A stretch of DNA of 32,000 nt from Pseudidiomarina andamanensis (GTDB lineage: Bacteria > Pseudomonadota > Gammaproteobacteria > Enterobacterales > Alteromonadaceae): NCBI RefSeq assembly GCF_009734345.1, contig NZ_CP032551.1, positions 1,770,001 to 1,802,000 of the forward strand. The letters are read 5' to 3'. A program made the translations under genes and the position numbers. The notes under the pieces are model-generated. The model saw only the letters and a list, made by a program, of their open reading frames with translations. It searched no databases and was not told where the DNA came from. Of this stretch, positions 1-12,881 are shown piece after piece (within the stretch, counting starts at the first letter, position 1; each line of letters begins with the position of its first letter).

Positions 1-1138
1 GTGTGTTGTAATTCGAGCTCATGGTAAAACCATAGGCGCCTGCGTTCATCACTGCCAATAAATCACCTTCATTTGCGGTCAAATGCCGCGCATGACCAAG
101 AAAATCACCGGTTTCACACACCGGCCCTACCACGTCAACAATCGACGTGCCAGCGTCCTGTTGCGTGACTGGAATAATGTCATGGTACGCTTGGTAGAGC
201 GCTGGGCGCATGAGATCATTCATACCTGCATCTACTAGCAAAAAGTCTTTATCTACACCCGGCTTGTGATATTCAACCTGCGTCACTAATACGCCCGCAT
301 TACCGACAATGGCACGACCTGGTTCGAGCATTAAGGTGAGACCACCGACGCGTTCCGCGCGTTTTCTCAACTCAAGTAAGTAAGCACCCACATCCAGCTT
401 ATTCTCGTGCTGGTAGGGAATACCCATACCACCACCCATATCAAGATGCGAAATTTCGATACCTTCTTCACGCAAGGTTACAATCAACTCAAGCATTAAA
501 TCGGCTGCATCTAAAAACGGCGCCGACGTTAGAATTTGTGAACCAATATGGCAATCTAACCCTTGCATCGCAATGTTCGATAGGGCCTGTGCACGATGAG
601 CAACGTCTCGAGCCTGCGCCATGGCAATACCAAATTTATTGCTCTTCAATCCGGTTGAGATATACGGATGCGTTTGGGCATCCACATCTGGGTTGACCCG
701 CAATGACACCGGCGCTTCCACACCATGCGCTTTGGCAACGTCGTTCAGGCGCTCTAATTCAGCCGCCGATTCAACATTGAAGCAATAGATACCTTGATCT
801 AACGCATAAGCCATTTCGTCACGGCTCTTGGCAACGCCTGAAAACACCACATCACTTGCTTTACCGCCAGCCGCAAGAACACGAGCTAGTTCACCACCAG
901 AGACGATATCGAAACCAGCCCCCAGCTTTGCCAATACATTCAGTACCGCCAAATTGCTATTGGCTTTTACCGCATAACAAAGCTTGTGTGGCGCCGGCCA
1001 ATGCGCAGCAAATTGACGCCAGTTTTCAACCATGCGTTGATACGAATACACGTACAACGGTGTGCCGTGCTGAGCGGCTAGCTCACTCACTCGACATTCT
1101 TCGGCAAAGAGCTCGCCATTACGATAATAGAAGCTCAT
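1..1138 (-). CDS. lysA: Diaminopimelate decarboxylase. The N-terminal ~379 codons are in the window and the C-terminal end runs off the left edge.
   Basis: Absent from the ORF track because there is no stop in the window. My reverse-strand translation from the ATG (complement of 1136-1138) reads MSFYYRNGELFAEECRVSELAAQHGTPLYVYSYQRMVENW...CYAVKANSNLAVLNVLAKLGAGFDIVSGGEL... This has the PLP-lysine AVKAN motif and the overall LysA pattern. Confidence 0.9.
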   Translation of the reverse strand, partial: MSFYYRNGELFAEECRVSELAAQHGTPLYVYSYQRMVENWRQFAAHWPAPHKLCYAVKANSNLAVLNVLAKLGAGFDIVSGGELARVLAAGGKASDVVFSGVAKSRDEMAYALDQGIYCFNVESAAELERLNDVAKAHGVEAPVSLRVNPDVDAQTHPYISTGLKSNKFGIAMAQARDVAHRAQALSNIAMQGLDCHIGSQILTSAPFLDAADLMLELIVTLREEGIEISHLDMGGGMGIPYQHENKLDVGAYLLELRKRAERVGGLTLMLEPGRAIVGNAGVLVTQVEYHKPGVDKDFLLVDAGMNDLMRPALYQAYHDIIPVTQQDAGTSIVDVVGPVCETGDFLGHARHLTANEGDLLAVMNAGAYGFTMSSNYNT

Positions 1139-1140
1139 GC

Positions 1141-1284
1141 CTACTCACCATTTTCTGCAGGATTGGACGGCTGGTTTTTCTCAGCGGGCGGCGGCATTTC
1201 TAATGGCCCTTTTTGCCCACAAGCGGCGATAAAACCAAGTGTTCCTGCTACAATGATCAGACGCATTACTTTCAAGTTAAACAT
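1141..1284 (-). CDS. lptM: Small lipoprotein LptM/YifL family (47 aa, or 41 aa if it starts at 1266)
   Basis: C-terminal part of the 89-aa track ORF: MFNLKVMRLIIVAGTLGFIAACGQKGPLEMPPPAEKNQ... It has a lipobox (AAC) followed by the GQKGPL motif typical of YifL/LptM. It sits between cyaY and the dap/lys gene, as in enterobacteria. The long upstream extension is unlikely to be real. Confidence 0.7.
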   Translation of the reverse strand: MFNLKVMRLIIVAGTLGFIAACGQKGPLEMPPPAEKNQPSNPAENGE

Positions 1285-1373
1285 CGGTAAACTGTACCTA
1301 ATAATTACGGTTAAAATTGTTGATGCGTCTATCATCGCATTGAGACGCACAAATGTCATTATCAGGAGTTGAC

Positions 1374-1700
1374 ATGCAAGAGCACGAATACCATGAATTA
1401 GCCGAAGCAACTATTTTAGCAATTGAAGAAGCAGTAGAAGCTTGCGGTGTTGATATTGATTGTGAGTCAGGCGGCGACATCCTTGAATTAACATTCCCGA
1501 ATGGCACCAAAATGGTTATCAATAAGCAGCCACCACTGCATCAACTCTGGGTAGCCACCAAATTCAATGGTCACCACTTTGAGTATCGCGACGGTCAATG
1601 GATTGATAATCGTACCGGTAGCGAATTATGGGAACTTCTCAGCGAAGCGGCAAGTCGCCAAGCTGACACCACATTGTTGCTAACACCACCATCAAACTGA
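1374..1700 (+). CDS. cyaY: Iron-sulfur cluster assembly protein CyaY (bacterial frataxin)
   Basis: [22 protein letters not shown]...[37 protein letters not shown] matches the CyaY pattern. An AGGAG RBS lies 5 nt upstream of the ATG at 1374. The track ORF start at 1353 lacks an RBS. Confidence 0.9.
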   Translation: MQEHEYHELAEATILAIEEAVEACGVDIDCESGGDILELTFPNGTKMVINKQPPLHQLWVATKFNGHHFEYRDGQWIDNRTGSELWELLSEAASRQADTTLLLTPPSN

Positions 1701-1715
1701 GTTTAGAGCTGAATT

Positions 1716-2657
1716 ATGAGTAAAACTTTACGCATTGCCACACGCAAGAGCCTGCTCGCCATGTGGCAAGCGGAGCACATTAAAGCGCGCCTCGAGCAAT
1801 TACACGAAGACTTGACGGTTGAGTTGTTACCAATGAGTACTCGTGGTGACGTGATTCTTGATACACCATTGGCAAAAATTGGTGGTAAAGGGCTGTTCGT
1901 GAAAGAGCTTGAAGTGGCCATGCTTGAAGGCCAAGCTGATTTAGCTGTGCACTCGATGAAAGATTTACCCGTTGAGTTTCCAGAAGGTCTTGAGTTGTTT
2001 GGTATTTGCGAGCGCGAAGATCCACGCGATGCGTTTGTGTCAAACAATTACGCGCAACTCGACGATTTACCAGAAGGCGCCATTGTGGGCACCTGTAGCT
2101 TGCGCCGTAAGTGCCAAATCTTGGCTAATTTCCCTCATCTGGTGGTTCATGATTTGCGCGGCAACGTACAAACGCGCTTGCGTAAGCTCGATGAAGGCCA
2201 ATTCGATGCGATTATTTTGGCTGCTTCAGGGTTAATTCGCTTAGAACTGACCGACCGCATAAAACAACGCATTCCTGCTGAGTTAAGTTTGCCTGCGAAT
2301 GGCCAGGGCGTGCTGGGTATTGAGTGTCGCAGTGATGACGATGCGACCAAAGCGCTATTGGCACCGCTGACTTGTGCTGACACACGCAGCTGCGTCTTAG
2401 CTGAACGCGCAATGAACCGCCGTTTGCAAGGCGGTTGCCAAGTACCCATTGGCGCTTACGCTGAATTGCATGGCGATCAATTGCATTTACGCGGTTTAGT
2501 CGGGCGTCCTGACGGCAGTGAAATAATTGAAGGCGAAATAAAAGGCCATCGCGATCACGCCGAAGCGCTTGGTACTGAATTAGCTGAGTATTTACTAGCA
2601 CGTGGTGCCGGTAAAATTTTGCAAGATGTTTATGCACAGAATGAACTGCAATCATGA
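1716..2657 (+). CDS. hemC: Hydroxymethylbilane synthase (porphobilinogen deaminase)
   Basis: 313 aa. [19 protein letters not shown]...[11 protein letters not shown]...AVHSMKDLP...CQVPIG are hallmark HemC motifs. Confidence 0.97.
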   Translation: MSKTLRIATRKSLLAMWQAEHIKARLEQLHEDLTVELLPMSTRGDVILDTPLAKIGGKGLFVKELEVAMLEGQADLAVHSMKDLPVEFPEGLELFGICEREDPRDAFVSNNYAQLDDLPEGAIVGTCSLRRKCQILANFPHLVVHDLRGNVQTRLRKLDEGQFDAIILAASGLIRLELTDRIKQRIPAELSLPANGQGVLGIECRSDDDATKALLAPLTCADTRSCVLAERAMNRRLQGGCQVPIGAYAELHGDQLHLRGLVGRPDGSEIIEGEIKGHRDHAEALGTELAEYLLARGAGKILQDVYAQNELQS

Positions 2658-3427
2658 ACCACCATTTGCTGCTGTTACGACCAGATGAGCAAGCGCGTGA
2701 CTTAGCCCAGTTGTTACAACAACGAGCGAGTGAGTCTAGCGTAGCGTTATCCTGCAGCAGCAAAAGTATGGTGAAGATTCGTAGCTTCGATGATCCAAAC
2801 CACAGTTTGCGTGACATTTTGCAGCAACCCTGGGACGCTGCCATGATGGTTAGCGTGAATGCTGCGCGTTACTTTGCCGAGCAAGCGCAGGCGTGGGCAC
2901 CGGAGTGTGCAATGCCATCGGCTCGTTGGTATGCCGTAGGGCCAACCAGTGCAACCGCAATTGCAAAGGTGGTTGGGCGCCCCGTGAATTGTCCGTGGCG
3001 ATTCCACAACAGCGATGCGTTACTGAAACTACCAGAGCTACAAAGGGTAAAAGGTGAGCGGTGGTTGCTTATTCGCGGCCACGGTGGACGTGAGTTAGTT
3101 GCGGATACACTGCGGGCACGCGGCGCCGACGTGACCTATCTTGAAGTTTATCAGCGTACACCGGTGTTGCTGGATCCTGCTGAATTTGAACACTGGCAGC
3201 AGCAGATTAACGGTATTGTGGTAACCAGCGCCGAACAATTAGGTTATTTTCTTGCGGCGTTGCCGAAGCAAGCGCTAAGCTGGTTAGAGCAGTGTTATTG
3301 GATTGTCGCAAGCGATCGACTAAAGCAATTGATGCCAGTTGCACTGCATGGCAAGGTTGCGGTTGCGCATAGCGCGACGCCGCTCGCAATAGCCGATGCC
3401 TGGCTACAATTATTGGAACAGCAGTAA
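2654..3427 (+). CDS. hemD: Uroporphyrinogen-III synthase
   Basis: 257 aa. ATGA start/stop overlap with hemC, at the conserved hemCDXY position. Sequence conservation is weak, as is usual for HemD. Confidence 0.85.
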   Translation: MNHHLLLLRPDEQARDLAQLLQQRASESSVALSCSSKSMVKIRSFDDPNHSLRDILQQPWDAAMMVSVNAARYFAEQAQAWAPECAMPSARWYAVGPTSATAIAKVVGRPVNCPWRFHNSDALLKLPELQRVKGERWLLIRGHGGRELVADTLRARGADVTYLEVYQRTPVLLDPAEFEHWQQQINGIVVTSAEQLGYFLAALPKQALSWLEQCYWIVASDRLKQLMPVALHGKVAVAHSATPLAIADAWLQLLEQQ

Positions 3428-3444
3428 GCGTATAAGGAACGTCC

Positions 3445-4668
3445 ATGAGTGAGTCGAAAAAGCAAAAGCCTGCAACTGATGAGCAAGCCAAAGCGCCTGC
3501 ACCAAAGCAGCCAGCAACCGAAGCCGCGCCGCCAAAGACTGAGGCGCCAACGGTGAAAGCCACTCCGAAGGTGACTGCCAGCACGACTGAAAGTACTACA
3601 AAGAAAAGTTCCGAAAAGGCACCGAAACGAAACTCTGGGGTCATTGCCTGGATCATCGTGGTGCTACTTACTGCGCTCATTATAGTTGCACTGTGGTTTG
3701 GCTATACGCGCATTTGGCCAATGCATCAGCAACAAATTACTTCAATGGCACAACAGCAAGAAGCTTCAGCAGCAACCATTGAGCAACTACAAGGACGTTT
3801 AGATAACCTCGAACAAGCGGTTAGTGCGACGGTTCGCTCATCTGTTGAGAGCTTAGAGCAACGCGTCGATTCACAGTTAGGCCGACAGCAACAAATCATT
3901 AATGATTACCAATTGGCGGTGCAATCGGTACAAGCTGAGCTTGCAAATCTCGATATTTCGCAGGAATCAAACTGGCGCATTTATGAAGCTCGCAACTTAG
4001 CTGAACGTGCATCCACTAAGCTTTGGATTGAACAAGATGCGAACGCCGCATTGGCATTTTTGCGGTTAGCTGAATCACACATTATTGCGCTTGATAACCC
4101 AGCACACATGCAAGCACGTCAAGCGTTGGCGAATGATATCGCGTTACTTGAACAACTGCCTGAAAGCCAAATTGACGCCGTGAGTTTGAAGCTCGGAACG
4201 TTGCGTGATCAAGTGGCTCGTAGTCAATGGTACCAGCAAGTCGCCATGTCGAGTGACGAAGCAATCACTGCCGCAGACGACAGTTGGCTAAGTAACCTTA
4301 AGCGTAGCGTTAACACCTTATTGCAACAGTTTGTGCGCGTACAACGCCGTGACACACCGGTTGAACCGATGATTGCTGATGCATACTTCGATGTTTTGCA
4401 ACAACGCTTATTATTGCAACTTCAGCTTGGTCAACAAGCCGCCATGAAAGGCTCTCAAGCGGTTTATGAAGCCAATATAAATGAAGCGATAACGTTGCTG
4501 ACTAGCCTCCAAGGGCAAGTCAACGACGCCGACTTAAGTCGTTTCATTGACGAACTACAAGCGCTGAAAGGGGTTCAGCTGCAACCCGACTTTCCGGCGG
4601 CCTTAAATTCTACGACGCAGCTTGAGCGTCTCGCGAATCAAATCGCTCAAACTAACCAAGGAGGTTAA
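3445..4668 (+). CDS. hemX: HemX family membrane protein (uroporphyrinogen-III C-methyltransferase-like annotation family)
   Basis: 407 aa. It has a Lys/Pro/Ala/Thr-rich N-terminus, one TM segment (VIAWIIVVLLTALIIVALWF), then a Gln-rich coiled-coil region. It lies between hemD and hemY. Confidence 0.8.
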   Translation: MSESKKQKPATDEQAKAPAPKQPATEAAPPKTEAPTVKATPKVTASTTESTTKKSSEKAPKRNSGVIAWIIVVLLTALIIVALWFGYTRIWPMHQQQITSMAQQQEASAATIEQLQGRLDNLEQAVSATVRSSVESLEQRVDSQLGRQQQIINDYQLAVQSVQAELANLDISQESNWRIYEARNLAERASTKLWIEQDANAALAFLRLAESHIIALDNPAHMQARQALANDIALLEQLPESQIDAVSLKLGTLRDQVARSQWYQQVAMSSDEAITAADDSWLSNLKRSVNTLLQQFVRVQRRDTPVEPMIADAYFDVLQQRLLLQLQLGQQAAMKGSQAVYEANINEAITLLTSLQGQVNDADLSRFIDELQALKGVQLQPDFPAALNSTTQLERLANQIAQTNQGG

Positions 4669-4672
4669 GTCG

Positions 4673-5827
4673 ATGAAAACTGCCTTGGTTGTTATTGTCC
4701 TGTTCATTGCCGGCCTGTTATTGGGCCCGTTGTGGTCGGGTAACACCGGTTATGTGTTGATTTCGGTCGGTTCCTATACAGTCGAAACGAGCGTGGTCGC
4801 CGCACTCATTCTATTAATCATTGCAGTCATTATTTTGCGCGCGGTTATCGCATTCATTGCACGGTTAATTCGCGGTACAAAATGGGGCGTTCGTTGGTTT
4901 GGTAATCGTCGCCAGCAAAAAGCCGAAGCGGCATTTCACGATGCATTAGTCAGTTTGAATCATGGTGACTACGCGGGAAGCTCACGCGCGGCAAATCGTG
5001 CCTGGCAATTACGCAAGCAACCAAATGATGCATTGTTAGCAGCTTACGCTGCACAGCAGGTTGGTGATGTGAAGCAAGCTCGCGAATGGCTGACTCATAC
5101 CGACCAGAATGCTGAACTTGCTGTGGCTGAGATGATTTTTGCACTGCGCGAAAATCCTGAAAGCATCGAGAGCCGATTGACGCAATTACGTGCTCTTTTG
5201 AAAGACTATCCTCGTCACCCTGAATTATTACGCCAAGCGATTATCGGCTTTCGTCATCAGCATCGTTATCGTGATATCGCTGGGCTTTTGCCTGCTGCCG
5301 AACAACAGCAGCTGATTAGCGATACAGAATTTGAAGCGTTAATCGAAGAAACCTACTTTCATTTAATGCTTGAAGCAGGGCGTAGCAGTGCGAGTGCGTT
5401 ACAAGATTATTGGCAAGCGCTAACGCGCGATCAACGCCGTAATAAAGCGATTCGTCGAGCCTATTTACGTGCCTTAAAAACATTTGACGCTACTGCTGCC
5501 GCGGATAAAGTTGCTGCACGTGCACTAAAACGCGGTGAGCTGGATATTGCTTATTTACTTGAGAAACAGTTACTCGTTGCTGGACCAGAGCTACGCGATA
5601 TCGTTCAAGATGGCCTCAAGAAAAAACCTGACGATCCATTCTTATTACAAGCGATTGGTCAGATGGCATTACAAACGAAAGATTTTGCACTGGCTCAGCG
5701 TGCACTCCGCCGTGCAGCTGATTTAGCACCATCACAACGGGTACTATTTGATCTTGCCCAGACCTATGATGCACTTGGCGATACCGCCAATGCCCTGAAG
5801 TGTTACCGAGAAGGCTTGCGGGTTTAA
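4673..5827 (+). CDS. hemY: HemY family protein (two N-terminal TM segments plus TPR-like C-terminus)
   Basis: Start chosen at MKTALVVIVLF because an AAGGAGG RBS lies 7 nt upstream. The track start at 4622 sits inside hemX. Position and architecture fit HemY. Confidence 0.8.
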   Translation: MKTALVVIVLFIAGLLLGPLWSGNTGYVLISVGSYTVETSVVAALILLIIAVIILRAVIAFIARLIRGTKWGVRWFGNRRQQKAEAAFHDALVSLNHGDYAGSSRAANRAWQLRKQPNDALLAAYAAQQVGDVKQAREWLTHTDQNAELAVAEMIFALRENPESIESRLTQLRALLKDYPRHPELLRQAIIGFRHQHRYRDIAGLLPAAEQQQLISDTEFEALIEETYFHLMLEAGRSSASALQDYWQALTRDQRRNKAIRRAYLRALKTFDATAAADKVAARALKRGELDIAYLLEKQLLVAGPELRDIVQDGLKKKPDDPFLLQAIGQMALQTKDFALAQRALRRAADLAPSQRVLFDLAQTYDALGDTANALKCYREGLRV

Positions 5828-5836
5828 CCGCAAGCC
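5813..5836. terminator. Hairpin overlapping the hemY stop codon, between convergent hemY and yceI. Possible bidirectional terminator.
   Basis: ggcttgcgg (5813-5821), gtttaa loop, ccgcaagcc (5828-5836): a 9-bp perfect GC-rich stem. There is no clear U-tract on either side. Confidence 0.45.
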
Positions 5837-5852
5837 TCTTGGCAATTCAAAC

Positions 5853-6428
5853 TTACTGACGAATACCTTCAATCGATAAGAAGATTTCGACAGTTTCTGA
5901 CGCTGGACCTAAATCATAATCCATACCGAATTCTGCTGGCGTTAACGTCACAGCACCTTCAAAACCACGGCGGAAGCCACCCCATGGGTCTTGACCTGCA
6001 CCGATTTCTTTCACATCAATAGCGATTTCTTTCGTCGTGCCATGCAAAGTAAAGTTACCTGTGAGTACGCCGGTGCCATCGCCTTTCGGCGCGTAGCTGG
6101 TTGATACAAATTTCGCTTCTGGATACTCGCTAACATTAAAGAAGTCGCCGCTACGTAAGTGCTTGTCGCGCTCAGCGTGGTTACTGTCTAAGCTCGCAAC
6201 ATCAATGGTCACTTCAACCTTCGCTGCGCTTGGATTCGCTTCATCGTAGCTGAACGTCCCTTCGAAGTCGTTAAAACGGCCAAGCAACCAGCTATAACCT
6301 AAATGACTGATTTTAAACTGTACGAATGCGTGCGCACCTTCAGTATCAATCACATAATCAGCGGCATTGGCTTGGCTTGCGCCTAGTAGTGACGCTGAGA
6401 TAACTGCGGCTAGTGCTAACTTTTTCAT
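5853..6428 (-). CDS. yceI: YceI family periplasmic polyisoprenoid-binding protein
   Basis: 191 aa. Signal peptide MKKLALAAVISASLLGASQANA. HAFVQFKISHLGYSWLLGRFNDFEGTF and ERDKHLRS motifs of the YceI family. AAGGAG RBS. Confidence 0.9.
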   Translation of the reverse strand: MKKLALAAVISASLLGASQANAADYVIDTEGAHAFVQFKISHLGYSWLLGRFNDFEGTFSYDEANPSAAKVEVTIDVASLDSNHAERDKHLRSGDFFNVSEYPEAKFVSTSYAPKGDGTGVLTGNFTLHGTTKEIAIDVKEIGAGQDPWGGFRRGFEGAVTLTPAEFGMDYDLGPASETVEIFLSIEGIRQ

Positions 6429-6449
6429 GATAAATCTCCTTGGGTAAAA

Positions 6450-6484
6450 CGTTATTCGTTGTTGGTTAGTCGTTATTCGATTGG
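6450..6484. repeat. Heptamer repeat block (cgttatt cgttgtt ggttagt cgttatt cgattgg), copy 1 of a local repeat family
   Basis: Read directly from the sequence. Same unit family as 7141-7251 and 10732-10796. Confidence 0.8.
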
Positions 6485-7026
6485 TTACGTTTGGCGACTA
6501 ACATACGGGTCAAAGTTGAATCTTTATTTACAAAGTGGTGCTTTAGGGCCGCAAGCGCATGCCCAGCAGCAAGAATGACCAAGGCTAAAGCGGTATACCA
6601 ATGCACTGCGCCGGCAATATCTTCTTGCTGCGGAATACTCGTGATTAGGGCCGGTATTTCAAACCAGTCAAACACCGAGATTCCACGGCCATCAGCAGTC
6701 GAGATCAAATAACCACTCACCATCGTTACCAACAACAGGGCATATATCAGTGCGTGTCCTACTCGTGCACCAACTTGGTCAAAGTGCGTACCTAATGGTT
6801 TCGGCGTTGCGTTAAAGAACTTCCACAGTAACCGGATGACGGTGAGTGCCAACAACGTGATACCAAACGACTTATGCCACCACGGGCCAAGTCGGTACCA
6901 GCTATCGTAATAACCAAGGGTCAACATCCAGTAACCCAGCGCAAAGAGGCCAATAACCATCAATGCGCTTAGCCAATGTATGACGATGGCAATCCATCCA
7001 TAGGAATTTGTGGTGTTCTTCAGCAT
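6466..7026 (-). CDS. Cytochrome b561 (CybB/YceJ family), 4 TM segments
   Basis: 186 aa. YGWIAIVIHWLSALMVIGLFALGYWM and the conserved His pattern. The upstream partner of yceI, as in E. coli yceJ-yceI. Confidence 0.85.
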   Translation of the reverse strand: MLKNTTNSYGWIAIVIHWLSALMVIGLFALGYWMLTLGYYDSWYRLGPWWHKSFGITLLALTVIRLLWKFFNATPKPLGTHFDQVGARVGHALIYALLLVTMVSGYLISTADGRGISVFDWFEIPALITSIPQQEDIAGAVHWYTALALVILAAGHALAALKHHFVNKDSTLTRMLVAKRNQSNND

Positions 7027-7140
7027 AAGTACGCCCTGTGTTTGTTCACATAAGCAGTGTAGCTGAGTTTAAAAAGGAAGATATGGGATAATTTAGAGGA
7101 ATATATTCTAATTTTTCGAATGAAAAGCAAAGGCGAAGAG

Positions 7141-7251
7141 CGTTATTCGTTATTCGTTATTCGTTATTGGTTACTCGTTACTCGTTACTCGTTATTCGTT
7201 AGTCGAAAAAGCCCCCCCCCACGAATAACGAGTAACGAACAACCAATAACG
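7141..7251. repeat. Nine tandem heptamers (YGTTRYT), a loop containing C9, then an inverted copy: a long imperfect palindrome
   Basis: 7141-7203 is 4x cgttatt, ggttact, 2x cgttact, cgttatt, cgttagt. 7221-7251 (acgaataacgagtaacgaacaaccaataacg) is the reverse complement type. A 17-bp perfect stem pairs 7183-7199 with 7221-7237. Confidence 0.9.
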
Positions 7252-7270
7252 CTTTTTGGGGTTCTTAAAC

Positions 7271-7298
7271 GAAAAAACCCCGAGCGTTAGCTCGGGGT
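7271..7298 (-). terminator. Rho-independent terminator of the rRNA operon
   Basis: On the minus strand: ccccgagc, taac loop, gctcgggg, followed by TTTTTT (complement of 7272-7277). It lies 14 nt downstream of 5S. Confidence 0.8.
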
Positions 7299-7311
7299 CT
7301 CGTCGTATTTG

Positions 7312-7430
7312 AAGCCTGGCAGTGTCCTACTCTCACATGGGGAAGCCCCACACTACCATCGGCGCTGAAGCGTTTCACTACTGAGTTCGGAATGGATCAG
7401 GTGGTTCCACTTCGCTATGGCCGCCAGGCA
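7312..7430 (-). rRNA. rrf: 5S ribosomal RNA
   Basis: The reverse complement begins TGCCTGGCGGCCATAGCGAAGTGGAACCACCTGATCCATTCCGAACTCAG and ends CTGCCAGGCT. It is nearly collinear with E. coli 5S as I recall it. Confidence 0.95.
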
Positions 7431-7561
7431 AAAACTGTTAAACAATATAAACGCGCTGATTGTTTCTTCAATACGGTAATGAACCACTCTACAGAGCCAT
7501 TCTTTGGTAAAAGCTCGAACTTGTGCCTTGGCTCACAGCCATAAACACCTTCGGTGTTGTA

Positions 7562-10442
<2,881 letters not shown>

Positions 10443-10576
10443 ATACAACCCGAAAATGTTTATTCGAATCGCATGGGCTGTTCTCTATGCTGTACACAAG
10501 TTCGATACGCCTCTACCAAAATGGTGTTTCAAGTAGAGTGGCATTTCATTACTTTATTACAATCAGCTTGTTCATA

Positions 10577-10589
10577 TTGTTAAAGAGCG
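10577..10589 (-). promoter_or_regulatory. boxA-like antitermination element in the spacer upstream of 23S
   Basis: The minus strand reads CGCTCTTTAACAA. The E. coli boxA consensus is TGCTCTTTAACAA. Confidence 0.6.
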
Positions 10590-10651
10590 TCGTAACACAA
10601 AGTTACTGCTAAATCGTAGGATTTAGCGCTAACTTCGCAATGGATAGGAAG

Positions 10652-10727
10652 TGGTGGAGCCAAGCGGGATCGAACCGCTGACCTCCTGCGTGCAAGGCAG
10701 GCGCTCTCCCAGCTGAGCTATGGCCCC
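10652..10727 (-). tRNA. tRNA-Ala (anticodon UGC)
   Basis: The reverse complement is GGGGCCATAGCTCAGCTGGGAGAGCGCCTGCCTTGCACGCAGGAGGTCAGCGGTTCGATCCCGCTTGGCTCCACCA, with a G3:U70 pair and encoded CCA. Confidence 0.97.
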
Positions 10728-10731
10728 GTTT

Positions 10732-10796
10732 CGTTGTTCGTTATTGGTTATTCGTTGTTCGTCAAACAACAACCAAACCAAACACAACAAACCGAT
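10732..10796. repeat. Heptamer repeat block (cgttgtt cgttatt ggttatt cgttgtt) followed by an A/C-rich complement-type block, inside the rRNA spacer
   Basis: Read directly. 10764-10796 (aaacaacaaccaaaccaaacacaacaaaccgat) is an imperfect inverted counterpart of the heptamers. Confidence 0.7.
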
Positions 10797-10885
10797 AAGA
10801 CTAACTTCAAGGTTAGGCAAGGCGGGAAGGCACGAAGCATACATCAGTATGTGAGTGGCTTTCCAACGCAGCATAACCGCAGAAG

Positions 10886-10962
<77 letters not shown>

Positions 10963-11032
10963 AGTTTCTATCCGTTACTTCTACCAAACCAGGCAATCTG
11001 TGTGAGCACTTAACTTCTTCAAGGCTTTTTCA

Positions 11033-12576
<1,544 letters not shown>

Positions 12577-12738
12577 AAAGTGTTTAATCGACCCATTGAA
12601 TCAATGACTTAATAAATCTTAATTTGTTAAGCACTTTTCCAATCAGTCAGGTGTATCCGAAGATACTTTTTTGCATCCGAAGATGCTTTCTCTGCCTGAA
12701 TCCGGTAAGTGCCCACACAGTTTGCTTGGCTTGGTATA

Positions 12739-12751
12739 TTGTTAAAGAACG
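12739..12751 (-). promoter_or_regulatory. boxA-like antitermination element in the 16S leader
   Basis: The minus strand reads CGTTCTTTAACAA, downstream of both promoters. Confidence 0.6.
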
Positions 12752-12777
12752 TTTCGCTGCGTTGAGCGAGGCTGCGC

Positions 12778-12805
12778 ATTCTACAGCCTTGGCGTTTTGT
12801 GTCAA
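12778..12805 (-). promoter_or_regulatory. rrn P2-type sigma70 promoter
   Basis: Minus strand: TTGACA, 16-nt spacer, TAGAAT, then the GC-rich discriminator GCGCAGCC. An A/T-rich tract (AGAAAAAATTT) lies upstream. Confidence 0.6.
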
Positions 12806-12881
12806 GCCTTTCGGCGAAATTTTTTCTGACTCAAAACATCTGCTTTTGGCGACTTCGTTGTCTGCCTCAAGCGTGGGGCGC

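Noticed and set aside
1324-1349. 7-bp inverted repeat tgcgtct...agacgca in the lptM/cyaY divergent region
   Set aside because: It is short, with a 12-nt loop, and matches no operator consensus I know. It could easily arise by chance.
1285-1410. N-terminal extension of the small lipoprotein ORF to 89 aa, and the plus-strand 69-aa ORF at 1163-1372
   Set aside because: Only the last 41-47 aa have the signal peptide, lipobox and GQKGPL pattern. The extension would run through the divergent cyaY promoter and start. The plus-strand ORF is the antisense of lptM.
2212-2844. 210-aa minus-strand ORF, plus the 100-114 aa minus-strand ORFs at 1703-2449, antisense to hemC/hemD
   Set aside because: They are antisense shadow ORFs of well-supported genes. 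They are Cys/Arg/Ser-rich with low-complexity composition and resemble nothing I recognise.
3207-3680. 157-aa minus-strand ORF with a long hydrophobic stretch, overlapping the hemD 3' end and hemX 5' end
   Set aside because: The hydrophobic run is simply the antisense reading of the Lys/Pro/Ala/Thr-rich hemX N-terminus. It has no independent start signals.
7141-7203. Tandem repeat array considered as a possible CRISPR array
   Set aside because: The units are 7 nt with no spacers, and no cas genes are present. It is a microsatellite-like or palindromic element, not CRISPR.
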